The notes under the pieces: model-generated
Database searches by the model: none
Told to the model about the DNA's origin: nothing
The model's input: the letters and a program-made list of their open reading frames with translations, nothing else
In this document: piece after piece, positions 1 through 11,300 of the stretch
How the letters are laid out: the number at the start of each line of letters is the position of its first letter
Numbering within the stretch: position 1 is the first letter of the stretch
Translations under genes and position numbers: made by a program
NCBI GenBank assembly: GCA_046563655.1
Contig: CM102287.1
Coordinates: forward strand, 930,001 to 994,000
Direction: 5' to 3'
Source of the DNA: Yuukianura sp. NJ FZ-2021
Lineage: Eukaryota
Length of the DNA stretch: 64,000 nucleotides

Positions 1-1
1 A

Positions 2-1171
2 GATGTCGAGTCTTATTTTCAAAGTCAGAACTACACGAAGGACAAATATTTGTATTTGATCAGGACTATTATGACTAAAGAGACGAAAGCTTGGTATGAC
101 AATGTCCGAGATGACATTAAGTCGTGGTCACAATTCAAAAAGAGTTTTATTGCAAAGTATGACACAATCGAAGAAAAGGAATTCAGAGCTAGGTTGTTAA
201 TGACCAGACAGCAGAAAGTTACAGAATCTGTTGAAAGTTTTGTCTGGGAAATGGTGACTCTTAGCCGTCAGGTTAATCCAAAAGAGGAAATGTTTCGTAT
301 TGTCAAACGTTGTCGTGATGCTCTGTATCCACAAATCAGATGTTTGGTAGGTTATAGCCAGAGTTGGACTCCAGCTGACCTAATTAATGAAGCCAAAAGA
401 GTCATCTATGACATTAAGGCAGAGGATAGACGCAAGAATGAGGTTACAGAGCTTCCTCCAGTTTTCACAATTCCGGTAGAAAACGAATTCAACCAAGTTC
501 AGTCAAACTTTCCGAATGAAAACAAGCAGAAAAGTAATAATAGAGGTCAGAATTCAATTCATAGAGGAAATAATGGAAACAGAGGTCCAAACAATTATGG
601 TAGAGGTCAAGGTCATTCCGGCCCAAATTCTTACAATAACCAAGGATTCAGACAACAGAATCAGCAAGGTCAGAGTCAGAATCAGCAAGTTAGTAGCGCT
701 GAGGCTCAATTTGGTAGTTACCAAGATTTTCCGCAAAGTAACAGAGGTCAGAACTCGAGAGACAGAGGTACACCGCGAGGTAGAGGTTACCCAGAGGTTC
801 CCCAGTTTAGAAATCCAACTGCTAACAATTATCGTACAAGTAGAGGGAACTTACAATGCTATATATGTCAGGATTTTGGTCATTTTGCGAGGGAGTGCCC
901 GCAAAACAATACAGTTGGAATGGTGATGCAGCGAGATCAGAATTTTCAGAATTTCGAAAATGTTAGACAGGAAAGTCAGAATCATTACATTGAACCAGAT
1001 ATGTCCGCGGGACAACAGAACAGCCAAGGGCCGCAGCAGAGAGAAACTCAAAATTTTAGGGACGACGCGTACACAAGCGACGTCCCACAGTACAGGGAAC
1101 CGAGAAATACAAGTTTTGCTAATGAACAGGTTCAAATGAGGTCTAATGGTCGTGACTATTTAAACTATTAA
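2..1171 (+). CDS. gag: Ty3/Gypsy Gag (5'-partial)
   Basis: Frame open from base 2; retrotransposon-gag-like core (AWYD...W..FK..F, RQQK..ESVESF), CCHC knuckle CYICQDFGHFAREC; ends with in-phase slippery T TTA AAC (1159-1165). Confidence 0.9.
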   Translation, partial: DVESYFQSQNYTKDKYLYLIRTIMTKETKAWYDNVRDDIKSWSQFKKSFIAKYDTIEEKEFRARLLMTRQQKVTESVESFVWEMVTLSRQVNPKEEMFRIVKRCRDALYPQIRCLVGYSQSWTPADLINEAKRVIYDIKAEDRRKNEVTELPPVFTIPVENEFNQVQSNFPNENKQKSNNRGQNSIHRGNNGNRGPNNYGRGQGHSGPNSYNNQGFRQQNQQGQSQNQQVSSAEAQFGSYQDFPQSNRGQNSRDRGTPRGRGYPEVPQFRNPTANNYRTSRGNLQCYICQDFGHFARECPQNNTVGMVMQRDQNFQNFENVRQESQNHYIEPDMSAGQQNSQGPQQRETQNFRDDAYTSDVPQYREPRNTSFANEQVQMRSNGRDYLNY

Positions 1172-3115
1172 AATCAAAAAATCAAAAATCAGAATAGGCT
1201 TTAGTTTGTATTATTTAGGGCATAAGTAGGGTTGGTGTATAATTTAGAAGTAATTAGCTAGGTATTACATAGGGAATAGATTTATTTCCATGATTTAGAT
1301 TTAGGTATAGTTTAATGTTAGTTAAAAATTTTGCAGAATAGTACTTCTGGTTAATAGATTTAAAAGAAAAGGTAATTGTTACGGCGCGTAAAGCCTTCAA
1401 TGAAACTGAAAAGAAGTTGTTCATGTCAGAAACAGAAAGTTCAGGAAGTATGAGTTGAATTCATTTAGAAAAGTATAGCTTTGACAGAAAGTTTACATTA
1501 GAATAGACGTATAAGCATAACTATGGATGAAACTAGAATTAAAATTCAAAATAGGAATCAAATGAGAATTACAAAAGTTAAAATAGTGGCAGTTGCACTA
1601 TCCAGAGCTCCAGTTAAAGCTTTCAAAAATGATTAAAGTTACTTAATAGATGAAATCGAAATTATGGAAATGCTTAGGATGGGACGACGCGAGTGGCGAC
1701 GACCCAAGAAATTTTGTAAAGTTTTAGAGTGTAAGTTAATTTAGAAAGCAGAGAAGATGCTCAAAGAAAAGATTTAGAGAATTTGAAAGCTAGAATTAGA
1801 GCTTAACAAACCGCAGATGGGTTTAAAAGAAATCATGCAATGTAGAAATTATTTGATGAAAGATTTAAAATCCTGTTTAGGATAGTGCACTTAAAAAGAA
1901 TATGAAAGAATTGCGGAAGCGCAAAGTGGGAAGATGACCCCACAAATGGGCAGAATTAGGTCCAAAAAAGCGGTATTACAAACTAAAGGTGTTTTGTATT
2001 GACCTCCGATTGAAAGTTTAAGACTCCCAGAGGAATTTGCCTGGTAGAGCACAAAGGGTGATTGCCCTAAGGACCAAGAGAGTCCAAAGAACAATGTGGG
2101 ATGCCAAGGTGCTCTCCGTTCTAAAAGAACAATGTGGGATGCGAAGATGCTCCTCGTTCTAAAAAATAGAAGGTACGTACGTGTTTTGAAGATGAGCTAG
2201 CGTTAGCTTTAAGTTTAGGAATAGTTTAGGTTAAAAGGCCTGTTAAATTACGCTAGAGTAAGGAATTTAGGTTAGAGCGCTCATAGGTTAAGTTAGAGTA
2301 ATGAGTGAATGAATTTAGTGTATACCGGTTTAGGTTATGTTAGTAGGTTAGTTAAAATAAGGTTTAGAATTAATTATGGTTTAGAATTACAAGTTATTAA
2401 TTATTTCAAAGACAGACGCAGCGAGTTATGCAGCGACTGTACAAAGAATAAGCAGAGGCAGAAATTAAAATAGCACAGAAAGTGGCTAAATTGAGAAGGT
2501 CAAAAAAGAGTTTTTGAAGATGTGACAAGATGTAAACTTAAGAATTGAAAGAAATACTATATGAAGTAGTTATGCTGAGATAGCAAATAAGAATTAGAAC
2601 CCAGTGAGGTCAATATATGAATAATTGAAGAGTTCATGTTGATATTTCGTTAAGAAAAAGTTAAGTTTTGCAGACGGACGAATTGAGTCGTCTACGATCT
2701 GATTTATTTACCTATAGTACGATTATTTAATTCTGTTAATAATTTGGACTCATTGTGTTAAGCTAAGAAAATGAAGGACGCAGCGAGTGGCAGCGACCTT
2801 AAAATTGCAGTTTGTAAATAAGAAAGAGTTTAAATTGCAATACTTTTGAATTCAATTGAGAAATGTCTAGAAATGTACCGTGCGTGTGACAAAACAACGG
2901 TAGAAATAGTTTTAGTTAAGCAAGCACAAGCACTCAATCAAATTCAGAAATGTATTTTTAGTAAATTGTACCAATGGGCACTTAATCAGGCTAAAATTAT
3001 TGTCAAAATGGTTCAAACATTATGTTCAAAAATTCGATCAAATCAGAATTCTAGAAATTTATATTCCGACATCAGACGACGCTTCGCCGGTAGAGGGGGC
3101 TTTCGTCGTGGTGAA

Positions 3116-3392
3116 TGTGACGGCGTAGTATTTCCCCCGCCGTCTGAGGATTAGGAAGGGGTCCGCACAGCCGCAGCAGAGCAGGAGGAGAGCAGCAGAG
3201 CCACGAGGCAGGAGCACCACACCGCACCACGCCACACTTTAGCTTTTAGTTCATTTTAGTATTTAGATCTTTATTCTAAGAATAAAGATCAGTTCTCTTT
3301 CTGTCCTACACGCGAGCAGTCATGATTCCAGATCCTTCTTAGAGTTGACACGGGGGTCAACTCTACATTACGTGACCCAACTGGCTGTGACA
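3116..3392 (+). repeat. Putative 3' LTR of Gypsy element A
   Basis: TGTGACGG...CTGTGACA imperfect inverted ends, AATAAA at 3281, imperfect purine tract upstream (AGAGGGGG), internal hairpin AGAGTTGAC/GTCAACTCT. Confidence 0.55.
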
Positions 3393-3630
3393 GAGGCGGA
3401 GGTGACAAGGCGGCGTGGCAGGAGAGGAGTTGCTGCTGCTGCATCCAGAGCCAGAATTGAAGTGAGTGGCTGATGCAACTTCTGCTGCTGCTCCTCCAAT
3501 TTGAATTGTGGGAAGCGGGAAGCGGGGAAACACTTATGGGCATTGCCCTAACTTAATATTTTTAACTCTTTTAACTTTTTAACTATTTTATACTTTTAAT
3601 TAACTACCAATTGAGGATCATATCCTCACA
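3393..3630 (-). repeat. Partial LTR, family B (same family as 63315-63921)
   Basis: Shares GGAAGCGGGAAGCGGGGAAACACTTATGGGCATTGCCCTAACTTA and the TGAGGATCATATCCTCACA terminus with the copy at ~63680-63921. Confidence 0.8.
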
Positions 3631-4035
3631 ATACCCTCAAAGAAGCAAAATTAAAGAGAAAATTAATAAATTGTTGGAAAGTGACATCATTGAAGAGTCA
3701 ATCTCCCCATGGTCATCACCTGTCATACTGGTACCAAAAAAGGATGGTTAGGTTAGGTTAGGTTAGGTTAGGTAGGTCACAGACTGGTCATTGACTACAG
3801 AAAACTAAATGCAATCACTAAGAAAAATTCGTATCCATTACCAAGGATGGATGATGCATTGGATAGACTGTCTGGAGCCAAGTACTTTACAGTCTTGGAC
3901 TTTCTGTCTGGATTTTATCAAATTGAGGTAGATCCAAAGGACAAAGAAGAGAGAGCGTTCATTACTCCTGATGCATTATTTCAGTTCAAAAGACTTCCAA
4001 TGGGATTGTGCAATGCTCCATCTAGTTTTCAGTAC
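3631..4035 (+). pseudogene. pol: Gypsy reverse transcriptase fragment
   Basis: SPWSSPVILVPKKDG..RLVIDYRKLNAIT..YPLPRMDDALDRL..YFTVLDFLSGFYQI..AFITP..FKRLPMGLCNAPSSFQ; interrupted by (GGTTA)5 and truncated before YxDD. Confidence 0.9.
3746..3770 (+). repeat. (TTAGG)n-type microsatellite, 5 units
   Basis: GGTTA x5 read directly, inside the RT fragment. Confidence 0.9.
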
Positions 4036-4340
4036 TTAATAGTTAGTGGTAACTGTTTACCAGAAGAAAATAGGTCAAGCCCCCCTCCCCACACCCCCAG
4101 CCCCTGTCCGTTCACCCCGCTCAAATCTATTAGCCTATGGCATGTTGGTGGAGTGAAAGAAAGAAAGAAGAAGAACTTTTAAAATTATTCAAACGAATTA
4201 TTAATTTATTAATAAAGTAAATTTAAATTATTAATTAAATTATTGTTACATATAATTATTAAACTTAAAAAAAACAAATAAAAAAAATTTTAAAAAAAAA
4301 ATTAAAAATATTAGTCTTAACTAAAAATAGAAATGCCAAC

Positions 4341-5204
4341 TTATCCTACAAATTTCCACTTTAAAAGTTCATAAGAAGTGAACGTCTTCACATTCAAATT
4401 TAAAAACTCATTTAGTAGTTGTTTAATTTGGGCGATGAGGTAGTCATCACTTAATATGTAATTTGGAAATTTCCAGATTCGAAAAGAATTGTGGTGTAGA
4501 AAATTAAATTTGGTACAAATCATTTTATGATTGGAAAATGACGGTAAAATGTCTACAAATTTAACGTTGCTAATAAGCTGGGCACTTACATAAATACGAT
4601 CAAGCCTGGCCATAGGTTGGTGATACTGGTTGCCAGTATGCGTGAACGAAATTTTTGTAGGAAAAAATATTCTGAAGGAATCGTGTAAATTGAAGTCTGA
4701 ATACAACTTTAACATGGAATTTCGAAATTTAGCGTTATTTGTGCTTCGGTTAATTGAATCGAGATAAACATCGTCAACATAATTCCAGTCACCACAAAGT
4801 ATAATATTCGCATGTGGAATATTAGTTAATTTTGTTTGTAGTGCGGAATAAACGAAGTTGAAATCGCGTAAATTGTGGGGAATATGGATATTGAAAATAT
4901 CAAATTCATTATTTAAGTGTTTTAGTCTTATATATTGTAATCTACCTTCCGCTAATATTTCACTTAAAACAAAATTAAGCTTACTGTTGAAAAAAATTGC
5001 TGTGCCACTGAATGGGGCAATTGGGGGGTTATAAGAGACAGAATATCCCTGTAGAATTACTTTTTGATCGAACTTTGGATCAAGGTTCGTTTCTTGTAAA
5101 CATAAAATATCGGGTTTAAATAAATTTACTAATTTTACTAACTTAATTTTAGATTGTAGATTTTTTAAGCCTTGGGTGTTAAAGCTATATACAGACAATA
5201 CCAT
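4341..5204 (-). pseudogene. LINE ORF2, APE endonuclease domain only (truncated)
   Basis: SFNTQGL, LCLQET, GDWN, RLDRIYVS, FSNH (SDH motif altered), WKFPN; stops shortly after the EN domain. Confidence 0.88.
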
Positions 5205-5219
5205 TGTATTGATTTGTAT

Positions 5220-6443
5220 TTAGATGGACTGAGATTCTTCAGACCAATTTCTAAGTAACTTTTCAAGGATCTTACGCAAAGTAGGATGTGATGTTGGTGC
5301 AACTTCATTTTTGAGTAATAGAAGTGTCGTTTTCATTTTTTCACGGGTAACAGCAACAGTGATGAGAGTAGATTCAATTTTTTTCTTTGTTACTCTTCCT
5401 GACTTGAAGGACGAAAGAAACGAAACTAAGTCTTCGATCTGTACACCCGATGGAAGATTAATTTCTGGAAGTGGCTCGAGTTGTACGTTTTCAATCAATG
5501 AGTCATCGCGTTCCGAATCAACGTCGGAATTATTTGAAGATGCTGGAAGTACAGGAGCAAGTTGAGGAGTTGAAGTTGAAGGGCCACTGAAGATCGGTGG
5601 TCGAATTTGACTGGGAACGACAACTCTGCCTGGTTGTTTAACTTTTCGTGGTGATCGTTTTGTTCGTTTCCGTACCCTCTCAAAACCGTCTTCGTCTTTT
5701 TCAGTTTCGTCAGTGTCAAATTCAGAGGTTACTTCACCTTCAGATCGAGTTGTATTTTGCACGTTGAAAACTCCTTTCGATTTTGCAAGGTCAGCCCATG
5801 TTGGAATGGAGACTGGAGTGTTGGTGTTGGCAACCGGTTTTTTCGGAACATTCTTTGGATCATTTGTAGAGTGTGCAGCAAGTCTCTTTTTGCACTTACT
5901 AGCGAAGTGGTTAGTTCCGTTGCAGAAATGACATCGCTGTGCTTCTGTGTCAAGTTGAATAGTATACTGACGGCCCTCGTAGTTCAGAATAGTTGACCTT
6001 GGAATTTCTGACTTGTCAACAGTAAGTTCCATAGTGGCCTCACGCATGAAAGTGTTGATGTGTTTGAGTTTTTCCGGAAGTGACCGGAACTTGATCTTAG
6101 AGGTGGTAAGAACCTTACCAAATCCACTGAGTGAAGTGACAATTAGCTCATCTGGAATGAATGGAGGAACATTTCGCATGAAGATCTTCGAATAAGATCT
6201 GGTGAAGGGTGACACTGGCAAACAAGAGTCACCACTTGTGATTGTTGCAGAACCGATTGATTTGATCGCTTCTTCATTATCAAGAAAGACTGCAACTGTA
6301 CGTGGGCCGAACATTCCAGCATCAGTTATTGATTTTGGATCGACCAAATCTGACACAGCACTGAGGTAGTCGAATAAAAGATACTTCGGAAGAAATGGTA
6401 AAATAATACCATTGTCCTTGGCTGGATTGATATCCAGCTCCAT
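5220..6443 (-). CDS. LINE ORF1 (RRM-like + CCHC zinc knuckle)
   Basis: KIFMRNVPPFIPDELIVTSLSGFGKV motif and CHFCNGTNHFASKC knuckle typical of Tx1/L1-clade ORF1; ATG at 6443. Confidence 0.85.
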   Translation of the reverse strand: MELDINPAKDNGIILPFLPKYLLFDYLSAVSDLVDPKSITDAGMFGPRTVAVFLDNEEAIKSIGSATITSGDSCLPVSPFTRSYSKIFMRNVPPFIPDELIVTSLSGFGKVLTTSKIKFRSLPEKLKHINTFMREATMELTVDKSEIPRSTILNYEGRQYTIQLDTEAQRCHFCNGTNHFASKCKKRLAAHSTNDPKNVPKKPVANTNTPVSIPTWADLAKSKGVFNVQNTTRSEGEVTSEFDTDETEKDEDGFERVRKRTKRSPRKVKQPGRVVVPSQIRPPIFSGPSTSTPQLAPVLPASSNNSDVDSERDDSLIENVQLEPLPEINLPSGVQIEDLVSFLSSFKSGRVTKKKIESTLITVAVTREKMKTTLLLLKNEVAPTSHPTLRKILEKLLRNWSEESQSI

Positions 6444-6687
6444 CTCGCCCTTCAAATGGGAACGTAAGACTTACAGGTGTTTTGTAAGAACAGTTTTTGC
6501 TTGTTTGATTAATCACTAATCACTGGCACTGATTCACACTAAAAACTGATCCTCGGGTAGGAGTGACCATTATCTGTCAGTGGATGTGTGAAAAACTTCA
6601 ATTTGTGGTGTATAGAACAGTGATTAATTACTAATTAAGGAGAAACTGTAGTCACAAAACCAGCTGGCTCTCTCCTTCCTAAAATCA

Positions 6688-8392
6688 TATACACCTCTAA
6701 GTGTCGCTGTTCAAGAAGCGTATTTACCTTATTTTGCTTATTTTGTAGCTTTATGGCCAACGGTGCACACATACATCAAATATCCACTTGCTGTTGCCTG
6801 CGACTGTCCAATTATGATCCCTAAATCGCGCAGAGCTGCGAAGCCAACTGGCTTCTTAGCGCTAGTTATAATTGCAACTAAAACAAGGTAGGGCGATGCT
6901 CAAGGGTTGAGCATAGGTCTTCTGGAGGGAATTGACAATTGATGCGACTTAAACCGGCCTGTGTCAACACTGTAGAAGAACTGAGAAACCGTTTTCATAT
7001 AGCGAATGTACCAAAACGTCGCTCGTTTTCAGCGCGGATGTGAGGGTTTACTTTGTGCATGCGTTGCACCAAAACTGGTTTGGCAATGCTACCATTTAAA
7101 TGCACTAAAATCATGTTCCAGTTTTGAGCCCCAAAATATTTGCACTAAATTGATGTTCTTAATTTGTTGAGCAAGATGCACATAATGTATTGTCGGTGTT
7201 GCCATGGCAATGTACTATTAGCGAAAAGAGCGTGAACCTAACAGCGTTAAAATAATCAAATCGAAATTTAGCCTTGTGCATCATGCACAAAATTGAACGC
7301 TGAGGAGGATGTCGGATATCCTTTCTTTTAAATCAAAATTGGTTCATGTAAATGCACAATTCAACGTTTTGTATCCCTGTTGGTCATAAGTATGCATCAT
7401 GCACAAAAATGAACGCTGGATCGAGGGGTCGGATATCGCTTGTGAAATTCGAAATTATAAAAATTTCTAGTAAATGCAACTTTGACCCCTGTTATGCACT
7501 ATTCACATGCTAAACATTTAAGCCGGATTTTCTACCCTCTGATCAGTGTTAATTTAACAACGTAATTAAACATACTGCCAGAAAATGACCAGATCAAAAC
7601 TCCGTTGTTTATAAATATTTTGAGTGCAATCGAAACCAAAACAGTTTTGCGGAACAGATACTGCGGGTACGTAAAGTAGCCGCTACTTCTACGTTGTTAA
7701 TGTACGGTTTGAGTTTGAGTGCAATGTAGAGGTAATGAAAAAACTTGAGCTATAGATAACCCCCGACTTCGATGGGGCTAATGCTTCAGTGGAAAGGATT
7801 CCAAAAAACGTTACAGACAGACAAAGTCGTATCAATAGTCTTCTTCAGCACGTCGTAGACGTGCGTCTCCAGAAGACTAAAACTAGCTTTTAGGCAACAC
7901 ATGGTTTCGTATTTGCAATCGTTGTTGTACAGGGCTCATGCTTGTAGTGTATACACATACAGCGAAAGAATTCCATTACAGTAAATAGTTGCACACTGTC
8001 TGGAGCGTGCTGATCACATTCCATTTTGCAGCCCACATTTTGAGGACCAAGTGTTGGTAAGGGTGTTCCAGAAACTTCAATGTAACATATGCACCTCGAA
8101 GTGTCGCTGTTCAAGCAGCGTATTTACCTTTGACCAACTTGCTTATTTTGTGGCTTTATGGCCAACAGTGCACACATACATCAAATATCCACTTGCTGTT
8201 GCCTACAACTATCGACTTATTATCCCTCTATCGCGCAGAGCTGCGAAGCCAACTGGCTTCTAAGAACTAGTTATGATTGCAACTAAAAAATAGTTTTTAG
8301 GCAACACAGGGTTTCGTATTTGCAACCGTTGTTGTACAGGGCTCACGCTTCCAGTGTATACACATACAGCGAAAGAATTCCATTACAGTAAA
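6688..8392. repeat. ~400-bp tandem duplication (blocks 6688-6883/8088-8290 and 7884-7985/8290-8392)
   Basis: Direct repeats visible by eye; first copy split by the 6885-7875 insertion. Confidence 0.85.
6885..7875. mobile_element. Non-autonomous DNA element (Helentron/HINE-like or MITE)
   Basis: Absent from the second copy of the tandem repeat; flanked by ACTAAAAC twice; subterminal inverted GTCTTCTGGAG/CTCCAGAAGAC, hairpin GCACGTC-GTA-GACGTGC and ACAG microsatellite near the right end. Confidence 0.55.
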
Positions 8393-11300
8393 CTCTTGTG
8401 ACAGATGCCAATTGCAAAATTTATCTGCACAACTGTTCTTACATCACGTCCAAACTACCCATCTGGACATTGATATACCTGGTAATCTTAAAACAACGGA
8501 GACAGTCATGCGCATTGTTATTTAAATTCTTGTTACATTAGGTGAATTGTTAGAAGACATTCAATCTGAGCATTCAGATACCTCGGGAGCATTCGCTGGA
8601 AGACAGTACGGGTGCGAAACATGTGGGGGCTTTGTGAACGAGATTTTATTAGTCACATTCAACAAGTCCATCCAAGTATTCAATTACCAGGTAATCGCAA
8701 ATTAGTAATTCGAAAGCAGAGCATGTTTTGATTGTTGTTGGTTTTTTAGGTCTCATTGCTGGTACAAGTAGTTCACGGTCGGCATCTGTACCCCTTCAAC
8801 ACCAGCCGACGGAAGGTTCGGATGTCATGATGATGATGACATTTTTTTTGTAAAAATAATCTTGTGTTTCAATTTAGAACGAGATGCTTTTGCGTTGGAA
8901 TTGAGGAATTACAAAAGACGATTTTGTGCTCAGTGTGGAATATATTTTGAGTATCCTGGGCAGTTGGATGACCAGCACAACATTCACCCAGAACTGTATC
9001 CTGCTGTTCAAAACCAACAGGGTGGAAGTGCTCCAGTGAATGAAGTACAATTCAATGAATTGACTACTTTCGGAGGTTCCACTCGCGAGTATACCGCAAC
9101 GTTTGATGAAGATGTGTTTGTGGATGTGGTTGGTGTGTTTTCTCACTGTTCAGCAACTTTGCGGGATTTGATGATAAGGATTCATGGAGAAATCGGGTCG
9201 TACTTGGTGAGCTGTGTTGCACTAGTTGGAATGAAATGTCAAGTTCATGGAAGTAACACTGAACAACAAGTTGAGGATTTTCAATTCCGTTCATTTACGC
9301 ACGTCACCTTAGAACCCAGAATGATTCAAAATACCCTTCGGCTGATGTCGAACAAAATTGGAGATACAATAGCCGCATTCTTGAGGAAGGGCTCTGGATG
9401 GCGTGTTAGTCGATTCAAGTGGATTACATTCAAATTTTCAGTGTACCGAATGCAGCGTGGAGATGGCTGGATTGCGACGCCTGCTCATATGACGAGGACG
9501 GGATGTGTTGTGAACATTAGAAATTCTGACGACCAGTGCTTCAAATATGCAATTTTGTCGGAGTTGTACCCGCTGTATAAGAACGAGTCTGCCCACTGGT
9601 ATCAAATTACGGACCCGAGAAGCTACGACAATTTTTCCCACACAGTAGACTTTGACTGCATCCAGTTTCCTATGGATGTGGAGCAAATGGATAAGTTCTT
9701 ACACTTCAACTCAACACTATCAGTCAATGTGTACGGTTATGAAGCAGACCGTAGCAACCCATCTGCGCCTAACCAAAGTGCGCCTCTCCAATATGCGCCT
9801 CTCAATATGCGCCTAAAAAATGTGCGCCTCCGTCCAAAGTGCGCCGCCATCCAAAAAGCGCCTCCAGCTCAAATTAAATACCAGGTATATTTGGTTTCAT
9901 TCAATTACAAGTTTAAGCTTTCCAACATGGGTAGTTATCCACAACCCGGGCGTCTATAGTTTCCCGCGCCGAAGGCGCGGTGTTAGGTTTTTAAATTCGC
10001 AATACTGATTACGTCTCGCAGGTTTAGATTAGGTAGGTTAGGTTTTTTTAAAGTTCACAATACTGATTACTTTTCTAGGGTTTCTGCTTAGGTTTATTTG
10101 GTGTTAATGGTGGTTTTTAATTGAATCTGGAGGCGCTGTTTGATTGGAGGCTCATTTTGGGTGGAGGCGCACTTTGGATGGAGGCTCACATTTTTTAAGC
10201 GCATATTGATGTAGGCGCATTTTAGCTGTAGGCGCACTTTGGATGGAGGCGCACATTTTTTAGGCGCATATTGAGAGGCGCACATTGGAGAGGCGCACTT
10301 TGGTTAGGCGCAGATGACCTGGAAGCAAACTCGACAAACTAGATCCAAATTACGCAAAACAGAAAATCAAAGTGTTATATGTTTGTCGTGAAAAAAGACA
10401 AAAGCACATTGATCCTTCAATTAGGATGCAACTCGCATTTTGTTCTGCTGAAACAAACGGAGGAAAATCGTTCCTTTGGTTTATCTCGTCTGTTGGGAAG
10501 AAATGAGCGTTGCAATGAAAAGTACATTTGCAACTTTTGTCTTCATTTTTGGAGGTCCAAGGCAACACTAGAAAGACACCAAGTTCTTTGTTCAGCGGTG
10601 GAACCCCAGGGTGTATGCTTTCCACCAGAATTTAAGTACACATTCAAGCACATTCGTCACACACTACCTGTGTCGTTTGTCATTGTCTGTGATTTTGAGT
10701 GCATTTTACGTCAAGAAAGTGGAACAATGCGAATTGGAAATGTGCTGAATGAACACGTTGACTGTGGCTACGGTTTTATTCTTGTAGGACCAACCGGGAG
10801 GATGTGTGAAGAACCATTGACCTTTTGCGGTCGAAACGCTGCACAGCATTTACTCGAAGATTTGGTGAACATTACTGAACCATATTTTATAAAATTGAAG
10901 CAAGATGTTGGACGTGACCCATCATACACTGAAATCGATTTTTATAATATGAGAACCGCAGCCACAAACTGCATCCACTGTGGTGTTCAGTTTCAAAATG
11001 TGAGAGACACAGTGATTGACTACAGCCACCTCACGGGACGTATCCGAGGAGTGAGTTGTAACAACTGCAACTTACAACTTCAAGTCACCAAAAAAATCCC
11101 CATCATTTTTCACAATTTTCGAAACTATGACTCTCACTTTATAGTTCAAGCGTTGAAAAGCAACTTGTTCAAACATGTTTCACCCCTACCTATGTCAGAA
11201 GAAAAGTTTACATCTATGGAGAGTACAACTCATGCCGGAAATGCGCTGAAGTTTGTAGACTCTTATCAGTTTATCAGTTCCAGCTTGGCAGACTTGGTGG

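Larger units (their letters stand above)
1..3392 (+). mobile_element. Gypsy element A, gag-only (no pol), ending in a putative 3' LTR
   Basis: Gag followed by ~1.9 kb of stop-rich sequence without RT/INT motifs, then an LTR-like block. Confidence 0.6.
4040..6600 (-). mobile_element. L1/Tx1-like non-LTR retrotransposon lacking RT (boundaries approximate)
   Basis: ORF1 with zinc knuckle followed immediately by an APE endonuclease ORF; no RT before AT-rich sequence. Confidence 0.75.

Noticed and set aside
3746..3770. True telomere
   Set aside because: Only five units, interstitial.
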